Positions 7,759 through 15,946 of a stretch of 24,000 bases of DNA are shown here, piece after piece. Below the pieces are notes generated by a model, which saw nothing but the letters and a program-made list of their open reading frames with translations, had not been told where the DNA came from and searched no databases. The first letter of the stretch is position 1, and every line of letters begins with the position of its first letter. The position numbers and the translations under genes were made by a program. Source of the stretch: Terriglobales bacterium (GTDB lineage Bacteria; Acidobacteriota; Terriglobia; Terriglobales; Acidobacteriaceae); NCBI GenBank assembly GCA_035604895.1, contig DATNHO010000037.1:1-24000 (forward strand), read 5' to 3'.

Positions 7759-9099
7759 ATGCATCGAAAACAAGTTTCCACAAACATTCGCAAAACGCGC
7801 GATATCGTTCTGCTCACACTTCTTTTCGTAGCCGCAATTGCCGCCGGCGCGGCGCGGGCACAGACCTATACCAATCTGCATTCCTTCGCCGCTGGGACGG
7901 ATGGCGCAGATCCTACCCCCATCATCCGCGACGAGGAAGGCAACATCTACGGCGCGACAAGGTTTGGTGGCATCCCCTCGTGCAACTTAGACACTTGCGG
8001 AACGGTTTTCAAGATCGACAGCGCCGGCAAGGAGACCGTGCTCTACCGCTTCGAGGGCGGGAACAATGGATCAAATCCGCTTGCAGGCTTGGTCCGGGAC
8101 GCGAAGGGTAACCTCTATGGCACGACCCAAGGGAACGGCTATGTCGGCGGCGCATCCGTAGTGTTCAAAGTCAACCCGCAGGGCCACCAGACCGTCTTGT
8201 TTGTTGCCGGAGAAACAGCGCAGGGCTGCTGCCTCGATTCTCCGGTTGCCGTGGACGCGCACGGGAACGTCTATGGCATGTCGCCATACGGCGGCAAGCC
8301 CAATTGCGGTGTGGCCCAGAATGGCTTGGGCTGCGGAACATTGTTCAAGATTGCCCCTGACGGCAAATTTACTGTGATTCATGTTTTTAAAGGGAAGGAC
8401 GGAATACAGCCAGAGGGAGGGGTGGTCCTTGACGCCAAGGGCAACATCTACGGCACCGCTGTCTGGGGCGGCAATCTCAAGTGCAATTATCCCGGCTGGG
8501 GGGCAGGCGGTGGACCAGGATGCGGAACCATCTACAAGCTGGAGCCGAGCGGCAAGTTCACCGTCCTCCACACCTTCACCGGCCCGAATGATGGATCGTA
8601 CCCTCTGGGCCTGATCATTGACGACGCTGGCAACCTCTACGGCATCGCGGACAGCGGCGGCGACGTCATCAAGCATACAAATTGGGAGTACGGCCTGGGA
8701 ACTATTTTCAAAGTGGATACCAGCGGCAAGTACAGCGTGCTCTTCGCCTTCAAGCCATGCACCGAGCCCCCGTGCACTAACGGCCAGGTGTTGAACCATC
8801 TCTACGCCAGCCATCTGGCGAGAGACTCGAAAGGCAACCTGTACGGCATCGAAGAGTCCAACGACTGCGCCTTCGGTGGGGGATGCATTTTCAGAATAGA
8901 CGCGAAAGGGAACATAACGGACCTCTACGACTTCACACAAGACCAAAGCGGAGCCCCAGAGTTCTACGACGCGATGGGCTTGGTCCTAGGTTCGGATGGC
9001 GATTTCTATGGCAGCACACCCTTCGGGGGATCCGAGGAACCCGAATGTGACGACAATATTGGCGTGGCCTGCGGGTCGGTGTTTCACATTACGTTTTAG
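7759..9099 (+). CDS. Secreted tandem-repeat protein resembling the choice-of-anchor GloVer-containing family
   Basis: Signal peptide (IVLLTLLFVAAIAAGAARAQ). Repeated GNxYGxxxxGG...CGTxFKxDxxGKxTVLYxF...DGxxPxAGLVxDxxGNLYG units. Confidence 0.75.
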   Translation: MHRKQVSTNIRKTRDIVLLTLLFVAAIAAGAARAQTYTNLHSFAAGTDGADPTPIIRDEEGNIYGATRFGGIPSCNLDTCGTVFKIDSAGKETVLYRFEGGNNGSNPLAGLVRDAKGNLYGTTQGNGYVGGASVVFKVNPQGHQTVLFVAGETAQGCCLDSPVAVDAHGNVYGMSPYGGKPNCGVAQNGLGCGTLFKIAPDGKFTVIHVFKGKDGIQPEGGVVLDAKGNIYGTAVWGGNLKCNYPGWGAGGGPGCGTIYKLEPSGKFTVLHTFTGPNDGSYPLGLIIDDAGNLYGIADSGGDVIKHTNWEYGLGTIFKVDTSGKYSVLFAFKPCTEPPCTNGQVLNHLYASHLARDSKGNLYGIEESNDCAFGGGCIFRIDAKGNITDLYDFTQDQSGAPEFYDAMGLVLGSDGDFYGSTPFGGSEEPECDDNIGVACGSVFHITF

Positions 9100-9188
9100 C
9101 CGAGCCGACGGTTGAGATCGACACTCCGTGATATGAGCGTCGAGCACAAGTAGTGTTAGCCAATGGAATTTCGACTGGAGCATTTACT

Positions 9189-10613
9189 CTAGAGCGTGCC
9201 TTGAAACAGCGGGTACAGACGGTCTCCGATTACGCGATAGATCACGAAGGCGCTGCCGGTGTCGGAGACCTCACGGAACAAAAGCTCGGCCCGGCCGTCG
9301 CCATCCACATCGACGGCGTCGATCAGGTCGAGGCGCGGGATCACGTCCATGTGCTGGGCGTCGGTTACATTCGCCAACGCCTTGTGCAAGACGCCGTTCA
9401 CATCTTCGCGAACCACTAACGTGATCAGGTATTGCGGGTTTGGAGTTGCGCTGGCTTTTTCGCGCGAGGACTGCGGCATGCGCGCTTTTGCCGTCAGGAT
9501 CAGCTCCGGCTCGTTGATATCCGCCAGATCAAAAACCTGAAGCTGCACATCTTCAAAAACGGGCTGCACCGGCTTTGCGGTCGCTTTGCTCCGTGGCGAA
9601 GGAGCATGAACAGGTTGCTCAGCCGCCGCGCCCGCCGATGCTTGTTGGCTGGCACGTGTTCGGATTTCGTCGGCCGCCATGGCTAACATCTTTTTGCGGA
9701 ACTGTTGTTCTTCCTCCGGCTTCAGGTTGTAGGTATAGGGAAGCGGATCGGGGCCGTTCGAGTCCGAGATGGCGGGGATGAGTTGGACCTGATTTGCCGC
9801 TGAGGTTCCCGATTGGGTTCCAGGCGTCATTGCTCCGCTTGCCGGGATCGCCGTATGCGCAGATGCCTTCGCCGAAGCCGCAGCCTTCTTCTGAGCTTCT
9901 TCTGCCGACTCCGCGCCCGCTTTGCCTCGTTTCAGCGCCGGACGGTCCTTATCCTCCGGAGGCTGGTCCTGCGCCTGCTCTTGCGGGGATGGATTTGCCG
10001 ACGCAGTTGCAGCGGCGGAAGCTGGCACCGCTGCTGAAGTTGCTGCTGGTGATGGGCTCGGTGAAGCGGTCGGTGCGGGTTGTGCCTGCGGAGGTGTCGC
10101 GGGCGCAGGGGGCGGTTCTGGCGGCTTGGGCTTTTCGCTGCCAGCACGCCGCAGAACCGGAGGACCTTCGTCTTCGTTCATTCCGCGAGGCACCGACGTT
10201 ACCGTCGGCTTCTTCTTCGCTGCTTTGGCCTTAATGGAATCCGCCGTCTGCCATGTGCCTTCGGCCACCCATCCGATCGGACCGTTTTCATCTTTCCTTT
10301 GCAGCGCACCCGTGACCGTAAACAGTCCCAGGGAAACCCCGGTGTGGACGGCTTCATAAACGGTTGTGCTCCACAGCGCCATAGGTACGGGATCGGCCTT
10401 GTAGGCGCTGGCATCGTAGTATTTGCCGTCAATCAGAATGGTGATTGGAATCAAGCGCGCTTTGCCATTGGGCGCAAGTTCCAGCAGGCCCAGGGCACGC
10501 GGCGCTTTGTTCTTCTTCGCAGAGCCTCCGACTTGGCCGAAGGTTGGCAGAAGCGCGATCTGCAATAAGAACCCCAGCGCCAAAACGCTGAAGATGACGC
10601 GGCCCCGCGTCAT
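9189..10613 (-). CDS. Hypothetical secreted protein with Pro/Ala-rich low-complexity middle
   Basis: Likely start at 10613: MTRGRVIFSVLALGFLLQIALLPTFGQ (signal peptide). C-terminal LVTIDLIDAVDVDGDGRAELLFREV-like segment (actual: MDVIPRLDLIDAVDVDGDGRAELLFREV). Confidence 0.65.
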   Translation of the reverse strand: MTRGRVIFSVLALGFLLQIALLPTFGQVGGSAKKNKAPRALGLLELAPNGKARLIPITILIDGKYYDASAYKADPVPMALWSTTVYEAVHTGVSLGLFTVTGALQRKDENGPIGWVAEGTWQTADSIKAKAAKKKPTVTSVPRGMNEDEGPPVLRRAGSEKPKPPEPPPAPATPPQAQPAPTASPSPSPAATSAAVPASAAATASANPSPQEQAQDQPPEDKDRPALKRGKAGAESAEEAQKKAAASAKASAHTAIPASGAMTPGTQSGTSAANQVQLIPAISDSNGPDPLPYTYNLKPEEEQQFRKKMLAMAADEIRTRASQQASAGAAAEQPVHAPSPRSKATAKPVQPVFEDVQLQVFDLADINEPELILTAKARMPQSSREKASATPNPQYLITLVVREDVNGVLHKALANVTDAQHMDVIPRLDLIDAVDVDGDGRAELLFREVSDTGSAFVIYRVIGDRLYPLFQGTL

Positions 10614-10659
10614 GCGGTATAACGTTGATCGAGCAGTCGATCGAGAAGGAGAGACAGTC

Positions 10660-11139
10660 ATGGATATCAGTATCAATAATAAGGCCCCGGAGTTCACTTT
10701 GCCTGACCAGAATGGCGATGAGGTCTCGTTGAAGGATTTTCACGGCAAATACGTGGTGCTCTATTTCTATCCCCGGGCGGATACTCCGGGATGCACCATC
10801 GAGGCCTGCGAGTTCCGCGATTCCTTCAAAAAGACAGAAAAGATTGGAGCTGTGGTTCTTGGCGTCTCGCCCGATGAACCGAAAGCGCTAAAGAAGTTTG
10901 AAGACAAGTTCGGGCTGCCATTCACCCTTCTAGGCGACGCCGACAAGAAAGTTGGCAATGCCTATGGCGTGATTCAGGAAAAGAATATGTACGGCAAGAA
11001 AGTCATGGGCGTGGTCCGGACTACGTTCATCATTGGTCCGGACGGGAAGATCAAACACATTTTTAACAAAGTGAAGCCAGAAGGCCACGCCACCGAAGTG
11101 TTGGCGTATTTGAAGAGCGCCATGCAGGGCGCGGCTTAG
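10660..11139 (+). CDS. bcp: Thioredoxin-dependent thiol peroxidase (Bcp/PrxQ-type peroxiredoxin)
   Basis: Start at ATG 10660 after AAGGAG. NKAPEFTLPDQNGDEVSLKDFHGKYVVLYFYPRADTPGCTIEACEFRDSF. Confidence 0.92.
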   Translation: MDISINNKAPEFTLPDQNGDEVSLKDFHGKYVVLYFYPRADTPGCTIEACEFRDSFKKTEKIGAVVLGVSPDEPKALKKFEDKFGLPFTLLGDADKKVGNAYGVIQEKNMYGKKVMGVVRTTFIIGPDGKIKHIFNKVKPEGHATEVLAYLKSAMQGAA

Positions 11140-11176
11140 AGGTGGTCCGGCGGGCGATGGAAAGGACGGTGGGATT

Positions 11177-11833
11177 TTGACCATCCCCATCACCCAGGTT
11201 CGCACTCTGTTACCGCGCGCGTTCTACGATCGCGATCCGCGCCGGGTAAGTCGTGCACTGCTCGGCAAAGTGCTGGTGCGGAAAGAAGGACGCAAACTTC
11301 TGGCGGGCCGCATTGTGGAAGTCGAAGCTTACCTGGGGGAAAAAGATCCGGCCGCGCACTCGTTTGCCGGCCGCACCCTGCGCAACGCTGTGCTGTTCGG
11401 GCCTCCGGGCTACGCTTACGTTTATTTCATTTACGGTAACCACTATTGCTTGAATGTATCGTGCTTGCCCGATGGAGTGGCCGGAGGGATTCTGTTTCGC
11501 GCGGTCGAACCTTTGGATGGAATTGAGGAAATGGCGCGATCCCGGGGCATATCTTTCAATTCGACTCGGAATTCAGTTCGCGATTTACGGAAATTGACCA
11601 GCGGGCCGGGGCGACTCGCCGAGGCGTTTGGCATCACGCGCGACCGGGACAACGGGAAAGACCTGACCAGTGCGTCCTCGGACCTATTCATTGCGGATGA
11701 CGACTACCGGGTCCGTCGCATCCTGACAACGCCGCGAATCGGGATCACCAAAGCGGCCGAGCGCCCGCTGCGATACGTGATCGCAGGGAACGACTTTGTT
11801 TCAGGACCGAAAAGTCTGCTCGAAACGGCTTAG
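11177..11833 (+). CDS. Putative 3-methyladenine DNA glycosylase (MPG/AAG family)
   Basis: LLGKVLVRKEG...GRIVEVEAYLGEKDPAAHSFAGRTLRNAVLFGPPGYAYVYFIYGNHYCLNV signature. Confidence 0.93.
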   Translation: MTIPITQVRTLLPRAFYDRDPRRVSRALLGKVLVRKEGRKLLAGRIVEVEAYLGEKDPAAHSFAGRTLRNAVLFGPPGYAYVYFIYGNHYCLNVSCLPDGVAGGILFRAVEPLDGIEEMARSRGISFNSTRNSVRDLRKLTSGPGRLAEAFGITRDRDNGKDLTSASSDLFIADDDYRVRRILTTPRIGITKAAERPLRYVIAGNDFVSGPKSLLETA

Positions 11834-11847
11834 CGTTACTGCGGGGT

Positions 11848-12690
11848 TCAAGATAGCAGGATGTTGTCAATCAGGCGCGTGTTACCCACGAAGGCAGCCA
11901 CTGCAACGAGCGAAGTGCTGGTGAGTTCTTGCACAAGATCGAGCGTAGCGGGATCCACAATCTCGAAGTAGTCCAGACGCACGGCGGGTTCCTGGGCCAA
12001 CACCTGTTTTCCGGCTTCTATCAGTGTGGGTGCGTTCCGCTCCCCTTTATCGTATCGATTCTTCACTGCGGTCAGTGAGCGGTTCAGAACCAGCGCGGAT
12101 TTGCGTTGCTGCGGGCTTAGGTAAGCATTGCGCGAACTCATCGCCAGGCCATCCGGCTCGCGTACGATGGGGCCGACGATGATCTCGACCGGCAGATTCA
12201 AGTCTCGGACCATGCGGCGGATGATCGTGGCTTGGGCCGCATCTTTCTGGCCAAAGAAGGCCAAGTCCGGTTCCACGATGTGGAAGAGCTTGGCGACGAC
12301 CGTGGTTACGCCGCGAAAATGTCCCGGACGCGACTTGCCACACAGCTTCTCGCTCAGGCCTTCGACCGTGACATAAGTGACGGCTCCCGCGGGATACATT
12401 TCTTCTGGTGTCGGTGCAAAGAGGACATCCACGGCCTCTTTTTCCAGCAGGTCGCGGTCGCGTTCAAATGTCCGCGGATATTTCGCCAGATCTTCGTCGG
12501 GCCCGAATTGCAGTGGATTTAGGAAGATGGAGACTGCGACCACATCGCACTTCGCCTTAGCGGCCCGCACCAGTGAGACATGGCCTTCGTGCAACGCTCC
12601 CATGGTGGGGACGAAGCCCAAACGCTTGCCGTCGAGGCGAGCTACGCGAGAGGCGGCGCGCATGTCGCTGATCGTGTTGCAGATTTTCAT
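11848..12690 (-). CDS. panC: Pantothenate synthetase (pantoate--beta-alanine ligase)
   Basis: GFVPTMGALHEGHVSLVRAAK, VVAVSIFLNPLQFGPDEDLAKYPRTFERD and FFGQKDAAQATIIRRM motifs. Confidence 0.95.
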   Translation of the reverse strand: MKICNTISDMRAASRVARLDGKRLGFVPTMGALHEGHVSLVRAAKAKCDVVAVSIFLNPLQFGPDEDLAKYPRTFERDRDLLEKEAVDVLFAPTPEEMYPAGAVTYVTVEGLSEKLCGKSRPGHFRGVTTVVAKLFHIVEPDLAFFGQKDAAQATIIRRMVRDLNLPVEIIVGPIVREPDGLAMSSRNAYLSPQQRKSALVLNRSLTAVKNRYDKGERNAPTLIEAGKQVLAQEPAVRLDYFEIVDPATLDLVQELTSTSLVAVAAFVGNTRLIDNILLS

Positions 12691-12706
12691 CGCGCGGTGT
12701 GCGCTT

Positions 12707-13150
12707 TCAGTGGGATGGAACCCAGTTTATGACTACCTGCATGCTCTCCAGTGCGCCAGCAACCAACGCCCGGTTCTTTCGAAGTTTGGCTTTGTCTTCA
12801 TCGGAGCCGGCAACGCTGATCTCTTGAATCGCAACCACACGACCGTATGGCCACGCCGATCCCGGCAGTTTAGCCAGTGCCTCGGATAATTTGTCCGGGT
12901 CCACCATCTGCTGTTCGTTGTTGCTGACGTCCAGCAATCCCACGCCGTCCACTCTGACGATGAGGTATGGATTTCGCCAGGCTTTCATATCCCGCTGACC
13001 CGCATATTTCTGCGGATCGGCGGACGGGATCTTTTGGATTCGAGCCTCGGGACTGGTTGCCGTTGCCGCGTCCGGTGTTCGGGGCGGCTTGGCGCACGAA
13101 GCGAGCAGGGAAAGGCACACTGCCAGAACACTCAGACGCACGAATCTCAT
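12707..13150 (-). CDS. Hypothetical lipoprotein between panC and panB
   Basis: MRFVRLSVLAVCLSLLASCAKPPRTPD lipoprotein signal (LLASC). Co-oriented with tight spacing. Confidence 0.65.
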   Translation of the reverse strand: MRFVRLSVLAVCLSLLASCAKPPRTPDAATATSPEARIQKIPSADPQKYAGQRDMKAWRNPYLIVRVDGVGLLDVSNNEQQMVDPDKLSEALAKLPGSAWPYGRVVAIQEISVAGSDEDKAKLRKNRALVAGALESMQVVINWVPSH

Positions 13151-13164
13151 ATTCCGTCGGGCCT

Positions 13165-14103
13165 CTATCGACGCATCCCCCGCTTGCGCTCCAGCACGGT
13201 CTCGAGCGCTTGCCGCGTCTCCTTGGACAAGTGGTAGGACTCACTATCCAAGGGATAGCGATGCGAAATCACGTCGTCGCGGAAGGCGCGTGCGGCGTCC
13301 GTGATAAGCGCGGCCGCGTCGCCGTAGCGGCGAACAAACTTCGCTGGCGGAGCAAAGGTCAGATTCAGAATATCGTGGAAGACCAGCACCTGGCCATCGC
13401 AGTCGGGCCCCGCGCCAATGCCGACGGTCGGAGTCGCGACCTCCGACGTAATCATGCTGGCTACTTCTCGCGGGATGCCTTCCAGAACCAGGAAGGCTAC
13501 GCCTGCCCGGTCGAGGGCCACGGCATCGCGCATTAGCTGTTCGATATCCGCCAGCGACTTGCCTTGAACCTTGTATCCGCCCATAACGTTCACGGACTGC
13601 GGAGTCAGCCCGATATGGCCAGCCACTGGAATCTCGGCGTCGATCACGCGGCGAATCAGATCGGCGCGTTTCTCGCCACCTTCAATCTTCACTGCTTCGG
13701 CGCCGGCCTCTTTCATAAAGCGGGCTGCGTTTCGCACCGCGTCATCGGCGCCGACGTGATAGGACCCGTAAGGCATATCAGCCACGAGCAACGCGCGCTT
13801 TACACCGCGCCGCACGGCTTTGGTGTGATGAAGCATTTCGTCTACCGTGACCGAGAGCGTGTCCGGGTAGCCGAGCATGGTCATGGCCAGCGAATCGCCG
13901 ACCAGAACAATGTCGATGTCAGCCTCGTCCACCAGCCGCGCGCTGGCGTAGTCGTAGGCGGTCAGGCAGGTGATAGGTTGATGTTGGAGTTTCTTTTCTC
14001 GAAGGGAAGCGCCCGTAATCTTCTGGCGAGGTTCACCAATTGGTGCAATGCTCACGATGTCCTCCAGTGCCCCTCCGCCTTGGCGGATAGAGCCCGTACT
14101 CAT
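13165..14103 (-). CDS. panB: 3-methyl-2-oxobutanoate hydroxymethyltransferase
   Basis: ITCLTAYDYASARLVDEADIDIVLVGDSLAMTMLGYPDTLSVTVDEMLHHTKAVRRG and GHIGLTPQSVNVMGGYKVQGK motifs. Confidence 0.95.
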   Translation of the reverse strand: MSTGSIRQGGGALEDIVSIAPIGEPRQKITGASLREKKLQHQPITCLTAYDYASARLVDEADIDIVLVGDSLAMTMLGYPDTLSVTVDEMLHHTKAVRRGVKRALLVADMPYGSYHVGADDAVRNAARFMKEAGAEAVKIEGGEKRADLIRRVIDAEIPVAGHIGLTPQSVNVMGGYKVQGKSLADIEQLMRDAVALDRAGVAFLVLEGIPREVASMITSEVATPTVGIGAGPDCDGQVLVFHDILNLTFAPPAKFVRRYGDAAALITDAARAFRDDVISHRYPLDSESYHLSKETRQALETVLERKRGMRR

Positions 14104-14201
14104 CTTGGATGCTGCTGGGGCTATTGTAGACCCAGAGGCTGGGGTTCGTCGATGGCAGCTAGGGATGTCGAAAGAACCGTGGAATTGATCCTGGATCGCA
14201 A

Positions 14202-14251
14202 AGTAAGACTTTGCAGGTGTGTCTTACTCTATGGTAAGATGATTTTACCAT
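14202..14251. promoter_or_regulatory. Two consecutive perfect dyads upstream of and overlapping the AbrB/VapB-like start codon (candidate TA operator)
   Basis: AGTAAGAC (14202-14209)/GTCTTACT (14221-14228). ATGGTAA (14231-14237)/TTACCAT (14245-14251), which includes the ATG at 14250. Confidence 0.6.
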
Positions 14252-14504
14252 GAGAGCTTACCGGACAGTCATCAGTTCTAAAGGGCAAGTGGTAATTCCA
14301 GCCGAGTTGCGCGAGCAGTTCGGGCTGGAGAAAGGCACTCCTGCCACCTGGAGCGAAGAGCAGGGGCGGTTAGTGCTGACGCCGATTACCGAACGGCGAC
14401 TGCGCGAGATCAGGGGATTCTTGAAGCCTGCTCCCGGCGCACCGTCTATGTTTGAAGAATTGTTCGCTGAGCGCGAACGAGAACGCAAACGAGAGAAACA
14501 ATGA
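14250..14504 (+). CDS. AbrB/MazE/SpoVT-family (VapB-like) antitoxin
   Basis: YRTVISSKGQVVIPAELREQFGLEKGTPATWSEEQGRLVLTPI SpoVT-AbrB fold. Overlaps the downstream PIN gene by 4 nt (ATGA). Confidence 0.87.
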   Translation: MRAYRTVISSKGQVVIPAELREQFGLEKGTPATWSEEQGRLVLTPITERRLREIRGFLKPAPGAPSMFEELFAERERERKREKQ

Positions 14505-14944
14505 CTCCCGCATTTTCTCGTGGAAGCGTGCGCCGATATGTGCTTGACGCCAACGCGCTGGTCGGCTTATTCGAGGACCGGGAGGGTACTGCAGGAAAGG
14601 TTGAACACCTTCTGCAGCTAGCCTTGCGGCAGGATTTACCACTCTTGATGTCGGCCGTGAATTGGGGCGAGGTTTTCTACATTGCATGGAGGCGGCACGG
14701 CGAAGCAAAGGCACGGGAAGCAGAAGCCAGGTTGCAGGAGTTGCCGGTGGCGGTCATCAGTGTGGATCGGGAACGAGCCTCGCGGGCGGGCGCGTTAAAG
14801 CAAAAACACAGCCTGGGTTATGCCGACGCCTTCGCCGCCGAATTGGCTATCGAACGTGGCGCCTGGCTGGTCACGACTGATCCCGAATTCTCGAAAGTTG
14901 GCAAGGCGCTGGCCATCTACTCGCTGCCCAGATACGAAAAATAA
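14501..14944 (+). CDS. PIN-domain toxin (VapC-like)
   Basis: VLDANALVGLFEDR, NWGEVFYI, LGYADAFAAELA and LVTTDPEF acidic PIN motifs, coupled to an AbrB-like antitoxin. Confidence 0.87.
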   Translation: MTPAFSRGSVRRYVLDANALVGLFEDREGTAGKVEHLLQLALRQDLPLLMSAVNWGEVFYIAWRRHGEAKAREAEARLQELPVAVISVDRERASRAGALKQKHSLGYADAFAAELAIERGAWLVTTDPEFSKVGKALAIYSLPRYEK

Positions 14945-14971
14945 GACGAGAGCCAGGTTGTGTTCATCCCA

Positions 14972-15000
14972 TTGACTAAGGTGCCAATTGTCGCTATAAT
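14972..15000 (+). promoter_or_regulatory. Near-consensus sigma70-type promoter for the Xre/RES module
   Basis: TTGACT (14972-14977), 17-bp spacer, TATAAT (14995-15000), 9 bp before the ATG at 15010. Confidence 0.8.
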
Positions 15001-15015
15001 TGACGACAAATGGCA
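14982..15015. promoter_or_regulatory. Candidate autorepression operator centred near the -10 element
   Basis: TGCCAATTGTCG (14982-14993)/CGACAAATGGCA (15004-15015), 11 of 12 complementary positions, 10-bp spacer. Confidence 0.65.
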
Positions 15016-15444
15016 AACGAACTTCGATCGGTGATACGGGAGCTTGGCGGAGAGCGCGCCTTGGGACGGACGATGACGAGCGACCGGGATCTGCGGGAAG
15101 CGATTCGCGAAGGCTTCCCACATGCGGTGCTTGAAGAAATGATGCATTCGTCGGGCTTGACCCTGAAAGAGCTAGCAGGTGCGCTGGACCTCTCGTCCCG
15201 CAGTTTGCAGCGGCGACGCCGTGGGCGGCTGGCCCGGTTTGAGTCTGACCGGCTGTATCGGCTCGCCCGGTTGCTCGCTCTTGCCCACGAAAGCCTGGGG
15301 GATGCCGCACGCGCAAGCCGGTGGTTCAAGCGCACCAATCGTGCTCTCGGTGGAGTGGCTCCGATTGCCGCGATCGATACCGAACTGGGAGCTCGCCAGG
15401 TGGAAAATGTGCTGGGCCGCATCGCCTACGGCGGCATCAGTTGA
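15010..15444 (+). CDS. Xre/MbcA/ParS-type antitoxin of a RES-domain TA module
   Basis: HTH (TLKELAGALDLSSRSLQRRRRGRLARFESDRLYRLARLLALAHESLGD) followed by a DUF2384/MbcA-ParS-like C-terminus (ASRWFKRTNRALGGVAPIAAIDTELGARQVENVLGRIAYG). Confidence 0.87.
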   Translation: MANELRSVIRELGGERALGRTMTSDRDLREAIREGFPHAVLEEMMHSSGLTLKELAGALDLSSRSLQRRRRGRLARFESDRLYRLARLLALAHESLGDAARASRWFKRTNRALGGVAPIAAIDTELGARQVENVLGRIAYGGIS

Positions 15445-15929
15445 CACGAGTCTTTCGCGTACTGCGTGCCGCACATGCGCGCACTCCATTCGACGGAGAG
15501 GGGGCGTACCGGTACGGCGGGCGGTGGTCCAGCCCCGAAACGCGCCTCGCCTATGCCTCGGAACACCAGTCGCTTGCGATGCTTGAGTATTTCGTTCACC
15601 TGGATCCCGAAGACGCTCCGGATGACTTGGTGTTAGCCACGGCGGAGGTTCCAGAGAGCGTTTCCCGCAAGCGTATCGAAGCCAGCGCTCTGCCAGCCGA
15701 TTGGCGAGAAGTCCCTGCTCCGCCCGGTCTGGCCCAGATTGGCGATGAGTTCGTAAAGCAGACCGAGAATTGTCTGCTTCTTGTTCCCTCCGCGCTAGCG
15801 GTGAGTGAAAATAACGTATTGATCAATCCCCGACATCCCGAGTTCAAGCAGATTACCGTCAATCAAGCCGAGCCGCTCCGCTATGATCCGCGGATGTTCC
15901 GCAAGACCCGGCGCCAGCGCAAACATTGA
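15441..15929 (+). CDS. RES-domain toxin (TTG start, 4-nt overlap with antitoxin)
   Basis: From TTG 15441: LTRVFRVLRAAHARTPFDGEGAYRYGGRWSSPETRLAYASEHQSLAMLEYFVHLD, typical RES N-terminus with GGRW. Confidence 0.86.
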   Translation: MTRVFRVLRAAHARTPFDGEGAYRYGGRWSSPETRLAYASEHQSLAMLEYFVHLDPEDAPDDLVLATAEVPESVSRKRIEASALPADWREVPAPPGLAQIGDEFVKQTENCLLLVPSALAVSENNVLINPRHPEFKQITVNQAEPLRYDPRMFRKTRRQRKH

Positions 15930-15946
15930 GGGCGGGACAAGGTACC

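Noticed and set aside
8071-8946. 291-aa minus-strand ORF overlapping the GloVer-like gene
   Set aside because: Antisense to a convincing signal-peptide and repeat-bearing plus-strand CDS. The peptide shows no recognisable domain and fits a shadow ORF in GC-rich DNA.
13564-14253. 229-aa plus-strand ORF opposite panB
   Set aside because: Entirely antisense to well-supported panB and ends at the AbrB-like gene. No domain signature.
14130-15930. Possible novel multi-gene antiphage system
   Set aside because: All four genes are explained by known TA families (AbrB/PIN and Xre-ParS/RES). No helicase, nuclease, transmembrane effector or nucleotide cyclase is linked.
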